Origin: Octopus sinensis
Taxonomy: Eukaryota
Assembly: GCF_006345805.1 (NCBI RefSeq)
Contig: NC_042998.1
Location: 93,744,001 to 93,808,000 of the forward strand
DNA: 64,000 nt
Direction: 5' to 3'
Under the pieces are notes generated by a model, which worked only from the letters and a program-made list of their open reading frames with translations, did not search any database and was not told where the DNA came from. A program made the translations under genes and the position numbers. Of this stretch, positions 41,722 through 53,127 are shown in pieces. The first letter of the stretch is position 1. Each line of letters starts with the position of its first letter.

Positions 41722-42078
41722 GGAGTGGCTATGTGGGAAGTAGCTTGCTAACCAACCACATGGTTCCGGGTTCAGTCCCACTGCGTGGCATCTTGGGCAA
41801 GTGTCTTCTGCTATAGCCCCGGGCCGACCAATGAAAGAAGCCTGTCGTATATGTGTATATATATATATATGTATATATATGTGTGTGTGTGTTTGTCCCC
41901 CTAGCATTGCTTGACAACCGATGCTGGTGTGTTTAGGTCCCCGTGAATTAGCGGTTCGGCAAAAGAGACCGATAGAATAAGTACTGGGCTTACAAAGAAT
42001 AATTCCCGGGGTCGATTTGCTCGACTAAAGACGGTACTCCAGCTTGGCTGCAGTCAAATGACTGAAACAAGTAAAAGA
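41722..42078 (+). mobile_element. S2 tRNA-derived SINE, head-to-head with the previous copy
   Basis: Head ggagtggctatgtgg...GGTTCAGTCC (A/B boxes); internal deletion; tail cagtcaaatgactgaaacaagtaaaagag. Confidence 0.88.
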
Positions 42079-42125
<47 letters not shown>

Positions 42126-42262
42126 GGTATGTAGAAAAATACAACATGGACAAGAACGTATAACTCTTAGAAGACGACATAATAAACACGGACAGGACAC
42201 TCGAAACCCTCAGTCTTCAGTCAAGAACCGGATCATCGTAGTAATTTCGGCTGATTAATCTT

Positions 42263-42386
42263 GTTGCTAATAGACATGTATGCTTTCATCGTCTTATCCA
42301 CTACGCCTCCAACAATACAAGAGAGCTGAAAGAAAATGAGGAAAGGTAGTAGTGACATAATGTCTGTCACTACATGCGTATAAGGC

Positions 42387-42456
<70 letters not shown>

Positions 42457-42545
42457 TGTGTGTGTGTGTGTGTATGTGTGTGTGTGTGTGTTTATATGCG
42501 TATATATACATACATATGTATGTGTATATATATATATATATATAT
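42263..42545 (-). repeat. Inverted duplicate of about 37076-37356
   Basis: The unique ~130-bp stretch and the compound microsatellite pattern are almost identical in reverse complement (one substitution seen). Confidence 0.92.
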
Positions 42546-42604
42546 ATACATACGTATAAAAACAGTCACATACGCATATAAACACACATATACACACACG
42601 CATA

Positions 42605-42647
<43 letters not shown>

Positions 42648-42910
42648 TATGAATAAACATATACTCTTTTACACTTTTAGTTGTTTCAGTCATTTGACTG
42701 TGGCCATGCTGGAGCACCGCCTTTAGTCGAGCAAATCGACCCCAGGACTTATTCTTTCTAAGCCTAGTACTTATTCTATCGGTCACTTTTGCCGAACCGC
42801 TATGTTACGGGGACGTAAACACGTCAGTATCGGTTGTATGTATGTGTGTATGTATGTATTATGTATGTATGTATATGTATGCATGTATGTGTGTGTGCGT
42901 GTATGTCTGC

Positions 42911-42997
<87 letters not shown>

Positions 42998-43081
42998 TAA
43001 ACAGTAAAAATAATTACAGACATGGACAAGAACATGAAACACCACAGAGACGACACAAGAACCACAGGACGGGACATTCGA

Positions 43082-43156
43082 AGCCCTCAGTCATCAGTCA
43101 AGAACCAGATCATCTTAGCAATTTCGGCTGATTAATCTTGAGATTGCTCCGATTGG
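43082..43156 (-). ncRNA. Candidate non-circularly permuted hammerhead (family C)
   Basis: GCAAU C UCAAGA UUAAUC AGCC GAA AUUGC UAAGAUGAUCUGGU UCUUGA CUGAUGA CUGAG GGCU. Confidence 0.65.
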
Positions 43157-43846
43157 GCAGCCCGCCAAGGAAATCTAAGCCAAGCGCATTAGATCCCCTG
43201 GAAGAAAGCTTCGAATGTATACAACACGAGGACGGAAAACGAACGAAGTACACGAACAAAAATACAGAATACGTGACACCAATAAGAATACAAAAACGTA
43301 AAAACAATAACGGTAAAAATAAAAAACAAAACAAAACCAGGACGTAGGACAAGGGTCTTTCGACAGGACGAGTTGAGTTTAGGGCTGGCTTATGAAGTTG
43401 TGCCTAATGGCCGCAGGAGACGAACAAATACGTGTTGCTTCGGCGACTGCTGGAACGAAAAGAGCGCTCAACAGTGGCTAGCGGTCACGTGAGAACAAAA
43501 GACAGGAGAAAGGGACAGATGAAAAGAGAGAGAAGGTGGACGAGGGAGGAGAAGAAAGAGACAGATCGAGGGGACTGGAGGTGAGAGAGATAGAGAAACG
43601 TAGAGGGGGGGGGAAAGACGGATGGAGAGGGAAAGAAAGGAAGGGGAATAAGGGAGGAGAGAGAGAGAGAAAGAGACAGATCAAGAGTCGTATCAATGCT
43701 AGAGAAAAAATATACTTATCGTATAAGGACAATTGTGGATACGTAGCCGCCGATTATATAGGTAAACAGTAAAAATAATTACAGACATGGACAAGAACAT
43801 GAAACACCACAGAGACGACACAAGAACCACAGGACGGGACATTCGA

Positions 43847-43922
43847 AGCCCTCAGTCATCAGTCAAGAACCAGATCATCTTAGCAATTTCGGCTGATTAA
43901 TCTTGAGATTGCTCCGATTTGG
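43847..43922 (-). ncRNA. Candidate non-circularly permuted hammerhead (family C, second repeat)
   Basis: Same motif as 43082-43156. Confidence 0.65.
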
Positions 43923-44240
43923 GCAGCCCGCCAAGGGAAATCTAAGCCAAGCGCATTAGATCCCCTGGAAGAAAGCTTCGAATGTATACAACACGAGGAC
44001 GGAAAACGAACGAAGTACACGAACAAAAATACAGAATACGTGACACCAATAAGAATACAAAAGCGTAAAAACAATAACGGTAAAAATAAAAAACAAAACA
44101 AAACCAAGACGTAGGACAAGGGTCTTTCGACAGGACGAGTTGAGTTTAGGGCTGGCTTATGAAGTTGTGCCTAATGGCCGCAGGGAGACGAACAAATACG
44201 TATATATAAAATAATATGTTACAATTACTCAATAGTCAAA

Positions 44241-44299
44241 ATAAAACTCTGAGTTTCAGATGCCGAAGTGGAAATCCACAACACCATGTCTTCGGTTAT
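44241..44299 (-). ncRNA. Degenerate type I hammerhead motif
   Basis: AUAA CCGAAGA CAUGGUGUUGUGGAUUUCCACUUCGGCAUCU GAAAC UCAGA GUU UUAU; U4C change in the core. Confidence 0.5.
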
Positions 44300-44564
44300 C
44301 TGGCCATCTGAAAAAACGCTATGAAAAAATACCGTTATATAAAGGGAAATTACTGTGTTATATAGACGTATGTATGAACTTTTACGGTACGCATGTGTGT
44401 GTATGAGTTTGTATATATATGCGTATATATTTGGCGAAAAATGCGAGTGAAGATGTGTACGTTTTCATAGTGACGTATAAGTACGCACGTGGGTCCGCGA
44501 GCGCACATATGAGCGTATGACTAGACATGTTTACTATGAAATTTTAATCTTACATATATAAATT

Positions 44565-45185
44565 AATAAATAAAACTATGCATATATACATACATATATG
44601 TACGTACCTACCTCTACATGTATATATACATGCATATATGGGTACAGGACACAAAAAAAAACGTCGAACACAATGAGAAACGAAAACATAAACACAAAAC
44701 CAAGGAACTGGACATTTTTCTTAAACAACGAAAAAATAGAGTACAGGACAAATAACACAAGGAAAATTCCCCTTCTTCAGTTTCATCTACTCTGCGTTTC
44801 GAAGGTGAAGGCGATACGCATCTTCGATAGAAACTTTCCTTCCCGCGAAAAGCAAATTAAATAAAATTTGAGATCTTTTTGCGGAGGGGTAAAAATGGTA
44901 ACAAAAACAGGACAGTAACGACAGTACAAAATATAAACAGCAAAAGACAGGACAAGGAGAATAACAAGACAAGAAGGGCTGTTAAGCCGAACGAGATAAA
45001 GTATTACGAACGCTATTTTTGAGAACGGCGAAGGATTAACAGAAAATGCCGTCAACACTTCAAGGAAGCCAGGTCAGAAAGACAGTAGCAGAGCTCTCGT
45101 CGCGGGTCAACGACGGGAGGGAGGAGGAGCAAGAGAAAGGGAGAGAAAAAAAGGGAATAGTTGTGAGGAAACCAGAAAGAATGAA

Positions 45186-45232
<47 letters not shown>

Positions 45233-45300
45233 TAGGGTAGGAGAAAAGGAAACCAGAAAGAATGAAGGCTGAGAAAGGGAGGGGACAGAAAGGTCAAGAG
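44565..45300 (-). mobile_element. Family B element with a permuted hammerhead (44769-44834) carrying a small deletion
   Basis: Colinear with 745-1480; ends in (TA)n. Confidence 0.7.
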
Positions 45301-45304
45301 TATA

Positions 45305-45389
<85 letters not shown>

Positions 45390-45773
45390 CGTGTGTGTAT
45401 ATTTGTATGTAGGTATGTATTCTGCATATTCATGTCTTTGCATGTTCATGTGTGTGTGTATTTGTGTGTGCATGTTTGAGTATGTCTATGTGTATGGGTT
45501 TGTGTGACTACGTCTGTTATGTATGGATGTGTCTCCATATGTGTCCTTCTGTGTGCGTGTGTGTGCGCGCGCGCGTGACGTGCGTGTGTGTGTGTGTATA
45601 TGGTCATGTGTTTCAGTCTTCATTTGTGTATGTATGTGTGTTTGTGCTTGTCTGTCCGTATTACCTATGTACTTATATATCTAGTTATCTATCTGTTCAC
45701 TTACATAACCATTAACCTACATATATACATATGTATACGTCTACATAACAGCCTACAAACAACCCTACCTGCG

Positions 45774-45937
<164 letters not shown>

Positions 45938-46036
45938 TATTAAAAGGAAAGGGAAACAAAACCAAGGCAGGACGAGCGTCTCAGGTCATTTAGAATATTT
46001 AATTAGAATAAGGTGAATCAAAAAGAAATAGAAGAA

Positions 46037-46114
46037 TGTCTTACAGTTGTTTCCGAGATATCCTAGGTAATGGGTCGACACCACACTACACTGGGTATTC
46101 CGTCATCAGAGACA
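46037..46114 (-). ncRNA. Type I hammerhead motif
   Basis: UGUCU CUGAUGA CGGAAUA...UAUCUCG GAAAC AACU GUA AGACA; perfect 5-bp stem I. Confidence 0.75.
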
Positions 46115-46199
46115 AAGTGTGTATGCAGGAAAGTTCCAGACAGAGAATAGCAGTACATAGAAGTACTAGATCTAAAGATAGAAGAATAATAAGATCAGG

Positions 46200-46588
46200 G
46201 GTGCATGATTAAAATCGTCATATGAGGCAGAAGTTACATCAACACTAGATGATAATGCAACCGAAAAGAACTACGTCGGGCTATGTGAAGGCAACTTCAA
46301 AAATCGCCATGCTAAACACATATATTACTTTCGGTACAGAGACAAAAGTAAAGCCACTTAGTCGGCTAGCCATGTATTGAGTTTGAAGTGTAACGCCACA
46401 CCACATACAGTGGGAAATATTTTTAAAATTCACACCATACATCAGTGGATTAAAAAGAAAATAAGCTATGCGTAGCTAAAAGATCACAGTTACTTTTCAG
46501 ATCTAAGCACTCCATCGCACAACTGAATTCTAGATTTGAAATTTACAGCGAATGTAAACATATGGTTAAGTTCCTGTTGGCGAATTGA
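46200..46588 (+). mobile_element. Penelope-like (Neptune-type) GIY-YIG endonuclease fragment
   Basis: VIYEAEVTSTLDDNATEKNYVGLCEGNFKNRHAKH...LNSRFEIYSECKHMVKFLLAN*, with stops and frameshifts; a degenerate HHR core (CUGAUGA...GAAACAGUUGUA) lies downstream at 47238-47299. Confidence 0.8.
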
Positions 46589-47519
46589 AAAATACTACCC
46601 TTTTAGAATTGAGCAGCAGTACCCCAGACACCAGGCTATATAACCTAATGACTTTACGGTCAAAGGGGACATAACCCTAACTCCCCTCACTTTTTCTTTT
46701 TTCGTTTTCCGGTGTTTTCAACCTCCCACCATTCACATCAACTTTCTTCTCGCATTTTCTCGTATTTTCTCTTAGCTTATCGTCCTGTTTTAGCTCGTTA
46801 TGCCATGTTGGCAGAGCTTAAGAATTGTGTCAAAGAACCAGATGTGTTATAAAATGCTTTCTGAGTTGTTTTCATCGCATGAAATTATTAGTAGCTCGTA
46901 AAATATGTACTGTGTTTATTAAATTATATTTATCTTTCACCAGATGATGTACTATTTCTGCTGACATTCCCTTCAAGGCACAGTATACTATATGTGCGCG
47001 CGCGCGTATGTGTGTATGTATTTGCGTGCGCGTGTGTGTAGTTAACGTCATGCGAATTTTATAAACTTGCGAGAGAATGTGAAATATCAATAATTCATTT
47101 TGGAATAGTATAACTCGAAGCAAACACACATAAAGATTTAAACAATACCATGTAGATGTTGGTATTTAAAAAGTTTTCATGATAAACACATTATCTTTAT
47201 TACATTTCATAATAAACACATATCGTTTTATATAACCCTGATGAAGCGATGTTATTCAAGAATTCAGAGTGAAAACTTCTCATAGAAGAAACAGTTGTAA
47301 GATAACGTAAGCGATTACGTAATTCCTGTTCTTTTGTTACTCATATGCATAACGTATTGAGCTTCTAACAACTGGTTATTAGTATTACTATGCCTAAGTA
47401 AAATTGTCACAAACATACACACATCCTCCCACACATGCATACGCACGCACAGACACACACACACACAAACATAAAATAAATTAAGAAAATCCGACTATAC
47501 TCTTCTCTTTCTTTTTTTC

Positions 47520-47921
47520 TTTTTACTTGTTTCAGTCATTTGACTGCGGCCATGCTGGAGCACCGCCTTTAGTCGAGCAAATCGACCCCGGGACTTATTC
47601 TTTGTAAGCCCAGTACTTATTCTATCGGTCTCTTTTGCCGAACCGCTAAGTGACGGGGACGTAAACACACCAGCATCGGTTGTCAAGCAATGCTAGGGGA
47701 ACAAACACAGACACACAAACATATTCACACACACTTATATATATATATACATATATACGACAGGCTTCTTTCAGTTTCCGTCTACCAAATCCACTCACAA
47801 GGCATTGGTCGGCCCGGGGCTATAGCAGAAGACACTTGCCCAAGATGCCACGCAGTGGGACTGAACCCGGAACCATTTGGTTGGTTAGCAAGCTACTTAC
47901 CAAACAGCCACTCCTGCGCCT
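47520..47921 (-). mobile_element. Full-length S2 tRNA-derived SINE
   Basis: Minus-strand head aggcgcaggagtggctg...GGTTCAGTCCC, internal (TA)/(CA) tract, A-rich tail. Confidence 0.9.
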
Positions 47922-48015
47922 GTTTTAATTCACTGGTATACAATATAATCTGAGTGTGTGTGTGTGTGTCTGTGTGCGAGCGTTTGTGCATGTGTGTATG
48001 CGTGTGTGTGTGTGT

Positions 48016-48067
<52 letters not shown>

Positions 48068-48551
48068 TGTGTGTGCATACATGGCAGGAGTTCGTCATTG
48101 AATTGCATTGACTCAGAAGAGGGAAGCATCCACCGCAAATCAGGCGTACTGATGCATTTACTCGGCATCGAAGTCAGAGTCCAAGCTGCAGGCGTGACAG
48201 CGGCAGAGAAATTGTGAGAAAGGCTGGCAGAGGCAATTTATAGTGGGGCGGGGGAGAAGTCGAGATGAGAATGAGAGTCTGTAACCCGTGGTGAAAAAAT
48301 GCAAGGTGCCAATAGAGACAGAAATATGCGTGGAATGCATTATGAACTTACTAGGGCAACATTATTGCATCACTAACGCGCACACACACACACTTATATA
48401 TTTACCAAATTTTCATTAATACATACGTATCATATATCTAATGCCTCATTATTTTTGTTACGATAGTCAGCAAAATCTCGTGTTCAGTTTTTTTCATCTC
48501 GGACGACATTTAACATTTAAATGTAACCTTTTGCTCATGTCTCACCTCCAG

Positions 48552-48695
48552 CAAACACGTGTCCCGAAGGAAAGTTTGGAGATAAGTGTCAGCTAACGTG
48601 CCATTGTTTCAACGGTGATAAAGTCTGTGATGCCACTGGTTGCAGTGATTCCCTTTGTAGACAAGGCTACAGGAATGCACCAGATTGTCAGACAG
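48552..48695 (+). CDS. Exon (phase 1-1), laminin/MEGF-type EGF repeat of an EGF+FN3 receptor-like gene
   Basis: Acceptor ctccAG, donor GTAAG; translates NTCPEGKFGDKCQLTCHCFNGDKVCDATGCSDSLCRQGYRNAPDCQT; 144 nt. Not in the supplied ORF track. Confidence 0.9.
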
Positions 48696-50043
48696 GTAAG
48701 TTATTTATTAATATTTTGTCCGTTTATTTATTAGAAATCCATTATATTATTACACCTGCAGGTAATCCCTTAAGTATACATTGATTGATGTTTATTATAT
48801 CTCTCGAAATTCTAGATCAAATTCAACAATTCAATTTAATATTCCATAACTTATTTTATCGAAACCTGTAAAGATAATATATAAAGTTGCTTCATTGAAA
48901 CCCTAAATAAAGTAATTCATTTGATGTTGGGTCCTTGGTGATGAGTTTAACATAGAGTGAAGCCTTTACAAGAAGCCTGTTACCAGGACCATGGCAGCCA
49001 TGAGACAATTTGAGGATTTGGGTCTGATATCAAGTACTGGAGTGGTTCCTATTAATTCGTAGAAGAAGGCGACCTCAATATTAGAAGCTGCTAGCAAAAC
49101 CACTCGTCAATTTTAACAGTGCCGCTGCTACATTCAGCAATGAATTACTCCTTCTTTGCAACACTTACAATAGCGAGGTGAAGTCGGCCATTTGAGAAAT
49201 GTCTTGGGAGTATGTACAACACTGTACCGGTAACAAAATACGAAGCGCTAGCTTCTTGAAAAATTGTCCGTTAAGCTGCCAAGTCAATGTCTAAGCTCTG
49301 TGTTCAGACATAACTGAAAAAAAAAATAGTATATGAATGACGACAACAAAACACTTCTATACATGCTTCATTGAAGAGGCAATGATTTGAGTTCCTATAG
49401 CAGTTGACAATTCGATACAGCAAAGTAATGGATTGTGAACATGTTCCATAATGTTCATGATCTGTTCTTAAACATTTATCACCGAAAATATTTGGAAAAG
49501 ATAAGAATAAGATATATCTTATAATCAAAATACATGCCGGATGTGGGTATTGATCAATTTATACATATTAAACGACATTGTATGCGAAGAAATAATTAAG
49601 GAAGCTAATTGAAGAGCACTTTTTAAAATACATTCTATTGTATTGAGACTGGTTTTATGTTGTTTGTTATGAATCGATACAAAACCGCTCGACAGAAAGT
49701 AATGCATTTCTCATGTAAACGATATCATACCCTGGGGTGCGACCAGATTATCATATTTGATCCAAGAACCACATCCGGAAAACAATAACAACAACAACGA
49801 TGATGATGATGAGAAGATAATGATGTTGATGAAACACAAATAAATAAATATCAATATGCAGGACATTATCGGCCTTAATTGCTAATCTATATATTTCGCA
49901 AAAGTCATTAACTAAGTCATTCAAATCTTGTTTATTACTCACAGTTTCTTTCTTGCTAAAATTAGACATTGTTTTTGCCATCAGATCATTACAACAAATG
50001 CTGTTTGTATATCTTGATTCCTTTTATTTATTTACATTCTTAG

Positions 50044-50181
50044 TGTGTTCTCCGGGTAGATTTGGTCAAAGCTGTTTATTTTTATGTCACTGCCCAGAAA
50101 ACGATTTCTGTGATCCTGTAAATGGTAACTGCCGTTCGGGTCGATGTCATCGAAATTGGTATGGTAGAGGCTGTCAGACAC
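50044..50181 (+). CDS. Exon (phase 1-1), second EGF-like repeat
   Basis: ttcttAG acceptor, GTAAGT donor; VCSPGRFGQSCLFLCHCPENDFCDPVNGNCRSGRCHRNWYGRGCQT; in frame with the previous exon. Confidence 0.93.
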
Positions 50182-50504
50182 GTAAGTCAATAACTACATA
50201 TCACTCCCTACGATACTTTTATAAAACACTTCATATTCTCTTATTATATAAAATAAAGTCTATCTCGAGGCCTAGACCTCAATTGGCCTGTTACCCGGTT
50301 TTCAAGATGACTATCTGACCGAAATCACAACATCCCCCCACCCCGCTGACAGGGACGCCAGTCCATCACATTTAATGCTGAACTGAGTGACGCAACGCGA
50401 ACTTTTTGCTCAAGAACGCAACACATTGCCCGGGAATCGAAATGCCGATCGTGAGTCCAGTATCATAACCACTAGGCCACGCACTTTCACAGATATTACA
50501 TATT

Positions 50505-50660
50505 TTATTTCTTTACTGCCCAGAAGGGGCTAAACACAGAGGGGAAAACAAGAATAGACAAAGGGATTAAGTCGATTACATCGATCCCAGTGCGTAACTG
50601 GTACTTAATTTATCGACCCCGAAAGGATGAAAGGCAAAGTTGACTTCGGCGGAATTTGAA
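50505..50660 (-). mobile_element. 5'-truncated S1 SINE in intron
   Basis: Matches the S1 consensus; cagatattacatat is duplicated on both sides. Confidence 0.8.
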
Positions 50661-51760
50661 ATCAGCAGATATTACATATTTGAATATAAAGTGTTTTATA
50701 ATAACGTCATTTTATGAGTATATTGCTGGCATATCTATGGCGATGTCTTGCAAACAACTTGCACATGAAAGTGCTACCAATCGTGTACTCCGCACACCGG
50801 AACCCAGCAAGTGTATGGGGGTCATCAGGAGAGAATGCGCGCCGTTTTGAGGCCTACCTCTCGACGGCATCAATGCCTCCCCCCACACACACACACACAC
50901 TGATATGAGGCCCTGCTTGCTAGATCAACTGGTTATCAAATAAAGCTCAATATTTCTCTAACCATCGCTCATCGTCTCTTTCTAACCAAATCCAGTGGCT
51001 AGCCTTCTCCACTGTAGTCATGGTGGTATTTACTTTACAATGAGTTAGACCTAACGATAACAACAGTCGTATATTTGCTGTAAATTTGGTGTTTATGCTA
51101 TAAGTATTTCTTCTAACATCGAAAGAATCTTGCTTTCTTCTGAGTTAGTCACGTTCATAGCTGTTATTCAAATAATTGTTCGGGAGATCAATGACGAAAG
51201 TATCAATTCTTCTTTTGATTTGTCTATATATTTCAGAACGTGTTTCTCGCTCCTGATCACAAATATCCGTGGCCGTCTCGTATATTTTTATACATAGTTG
51301 CCTATGGTTACACCATCTAATGCAGCCATCCTTTCTAAGATGATAGGAAATGGTATGAAAGAGATTTACCAGTTATTTTAGCCGGTCGATCGGCCACGTA
51401 GAAGGTACCTCAGTGGTTCATCTTGTTATAGGAGATGACAGCGGACTTAACTGCGTTTTGACGAGGGGCTGACAATGCCTTTTATTCTTCCAGGATCGAT
51501 AATAAGTATCATTTATGCCATGTGGTCGATCCAATAACGTTCTCCTTCAAATTCGAGACATTCTGCTATGTTATCATCATTGCTATAGGCGGTGTGTTGT
51601 CTCAGTAACAATGAATAAACTCATGTTATAAGTTTTTTTTTATTTCTACGACTGTGATGCTGTGACTAAAAACGTTTCATACTTTACTGAAGAAGTTTCT
51701 TTTACTTTCAAACGTTTTAAATAATTATAAAGTTACCTAATCACTTTCATTCCCTTATAG

Positions 51761-51881
51761 AGTTGTCAACTCTTGTCAATCCTCCCACTGCTAAGGTTTT
51801 GGACTGTCACACAGTTTCGGTTTCATGGAATGCCTGGAATTATGATTCGGACCTAGGCTCTACATCCGTATCCTTTTATTC
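51761..51881 (+). CDS. Exon (phase 1-2), first half of an FN3 domain
   Basis: cccttatAG acceptor, GTACGT donor; QLSTLVNPPTAKVLDCHTVSVSWNAWNYDSDLGSTSVSFYS; phases fit both neighbours. Confidence 0.85.
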
Positions 51882-52915
51882 GTACGTACAACATATTTTT
51901 ACCGTCTGTAAATGCACTAAATGAATGATACATTAGGCATTTCATACGCACAAATAACCCAGGACTACGATTTAAATATCTTTTGTCTCATAGTTATTCT
52001 GTCTTTATTTTTTTATTTTTAATGGTCATGCATTATTTTTCTTGATCTATTTCCATTTTCAATTGAATAAACATTACCATGTTACAAACTAAAATAATTT
52101 TCCATGCTATTACTGATTCAAATGAGCTTTAAATGAACATTATACATTCCTTAAATTCTTTAACTGAAGTAGCTAAATGAAATTCAGATGTTTTTACCTG
52201 GGCAATCCTCTTATAGAGACTACAGATAACCCGAACCAGCAGAATATCAGATAGCTACTTAAAGGATTAGTGATCCGTATTGTGCCTCACTTCTTCTGTT
52301 AAAATACTTAACTATCAACAATCGAGTGCAGCAGCTTAACTCATGATCAGCTCTCCGTAGCTCTATGTAATTAATTCAAGTGGAATATTTCACCATAGTA
52401 AGCAGTGGTAGCACTGTAGGAAATGTACAAGTATTTCGTTAACAAAATACCACTGGATGAAAATGCTACTTCTCAGTGCTCGGTGTCTTCTCTAAGGGAA
52501 ATTTATCTCTCATTTACCTAATACTGGGATTGTACACTGGTCTCAAGGATCTTTGTAACTCAAAACATTCACTTTTAAATAATTTGTGCATAACTAAAAT
52601 TGCAAATTTAGGGCTATGTTCTCTTTAATAGTCCTACTTAATAATAGAATACAGCTGATTCTGTTTCGTTATTCTACAGGAATACAAAAGCAAAATCAAC
52701 TTGTATGGAATATAAATTCAAAATGTTACACACTAAACAAGATAGAGATTCTCATATCTTATTCTTTAAATGGACCTTATCCATAAAGAGGGAGACTGAA
52801 GAGTGACATCGCTCCTTAGTCTTCCCTTATTACCAAATTGCTCGTTTGAGCATTATTTTACTATTTAACATGTTGTCGTCATTGTTACAGTAATGATTTG
52901 CTTTGTTTTTATAAG

Positions 52916-53127
52916 GCTGAAAATGCGCAGCAAATCTGATGTAAACTGGATAAACAAAAAAGATGTACTTCAAAACGAAAACATCTCTAAATACACTGTA
53001 AACGTCACAGGTTTGACTGAGAATTCCCTCTATCAATTCCGGATTGATGTCATCTCTTCATCGAAAAAATTTAATATCAGCGGGCCAATAGGTGTCCCGA
53101 CACCATTCATCTTCGTACTGTGTTCAG
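52916..53127 (+). CDS. Exon (phase 2-1), second half of an FN3 domain
   Basis: ttttataAG acceptor, GTGAGT donor; LKMRSKSDVNWINKK...VTGLTENSLYQFRIDV... carries the FN3 L-x-x-x-x-x-Y motif. Confidence 0.88.

Larger units (their letters stand above)
42996..44201 (-). mobile_element. Family C element: two ~440-bp direct repeats (42996-43433, 43761-44201), each with a permuted hammerhead; retrozyme/Penelope pLTR-like
   Basis: Repeats nearly identical, period 765 nt; non-coding purine-rich spacer; flanked by (TA)n. Confidence 0.85.

Noticed and set aside
41722-41790. tRNA gene
   Set aside because: A/B boxes belong to a SINE head; no complete cloverleaf, and the sequence continues into SINE body.
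43065-43095. HDV-like ribozyme suggested by CUUCGAAUGUCCC on the minus strand
   Set aside because: No upstream GGGACA partner for P2 and no P1/P3 nesting found.
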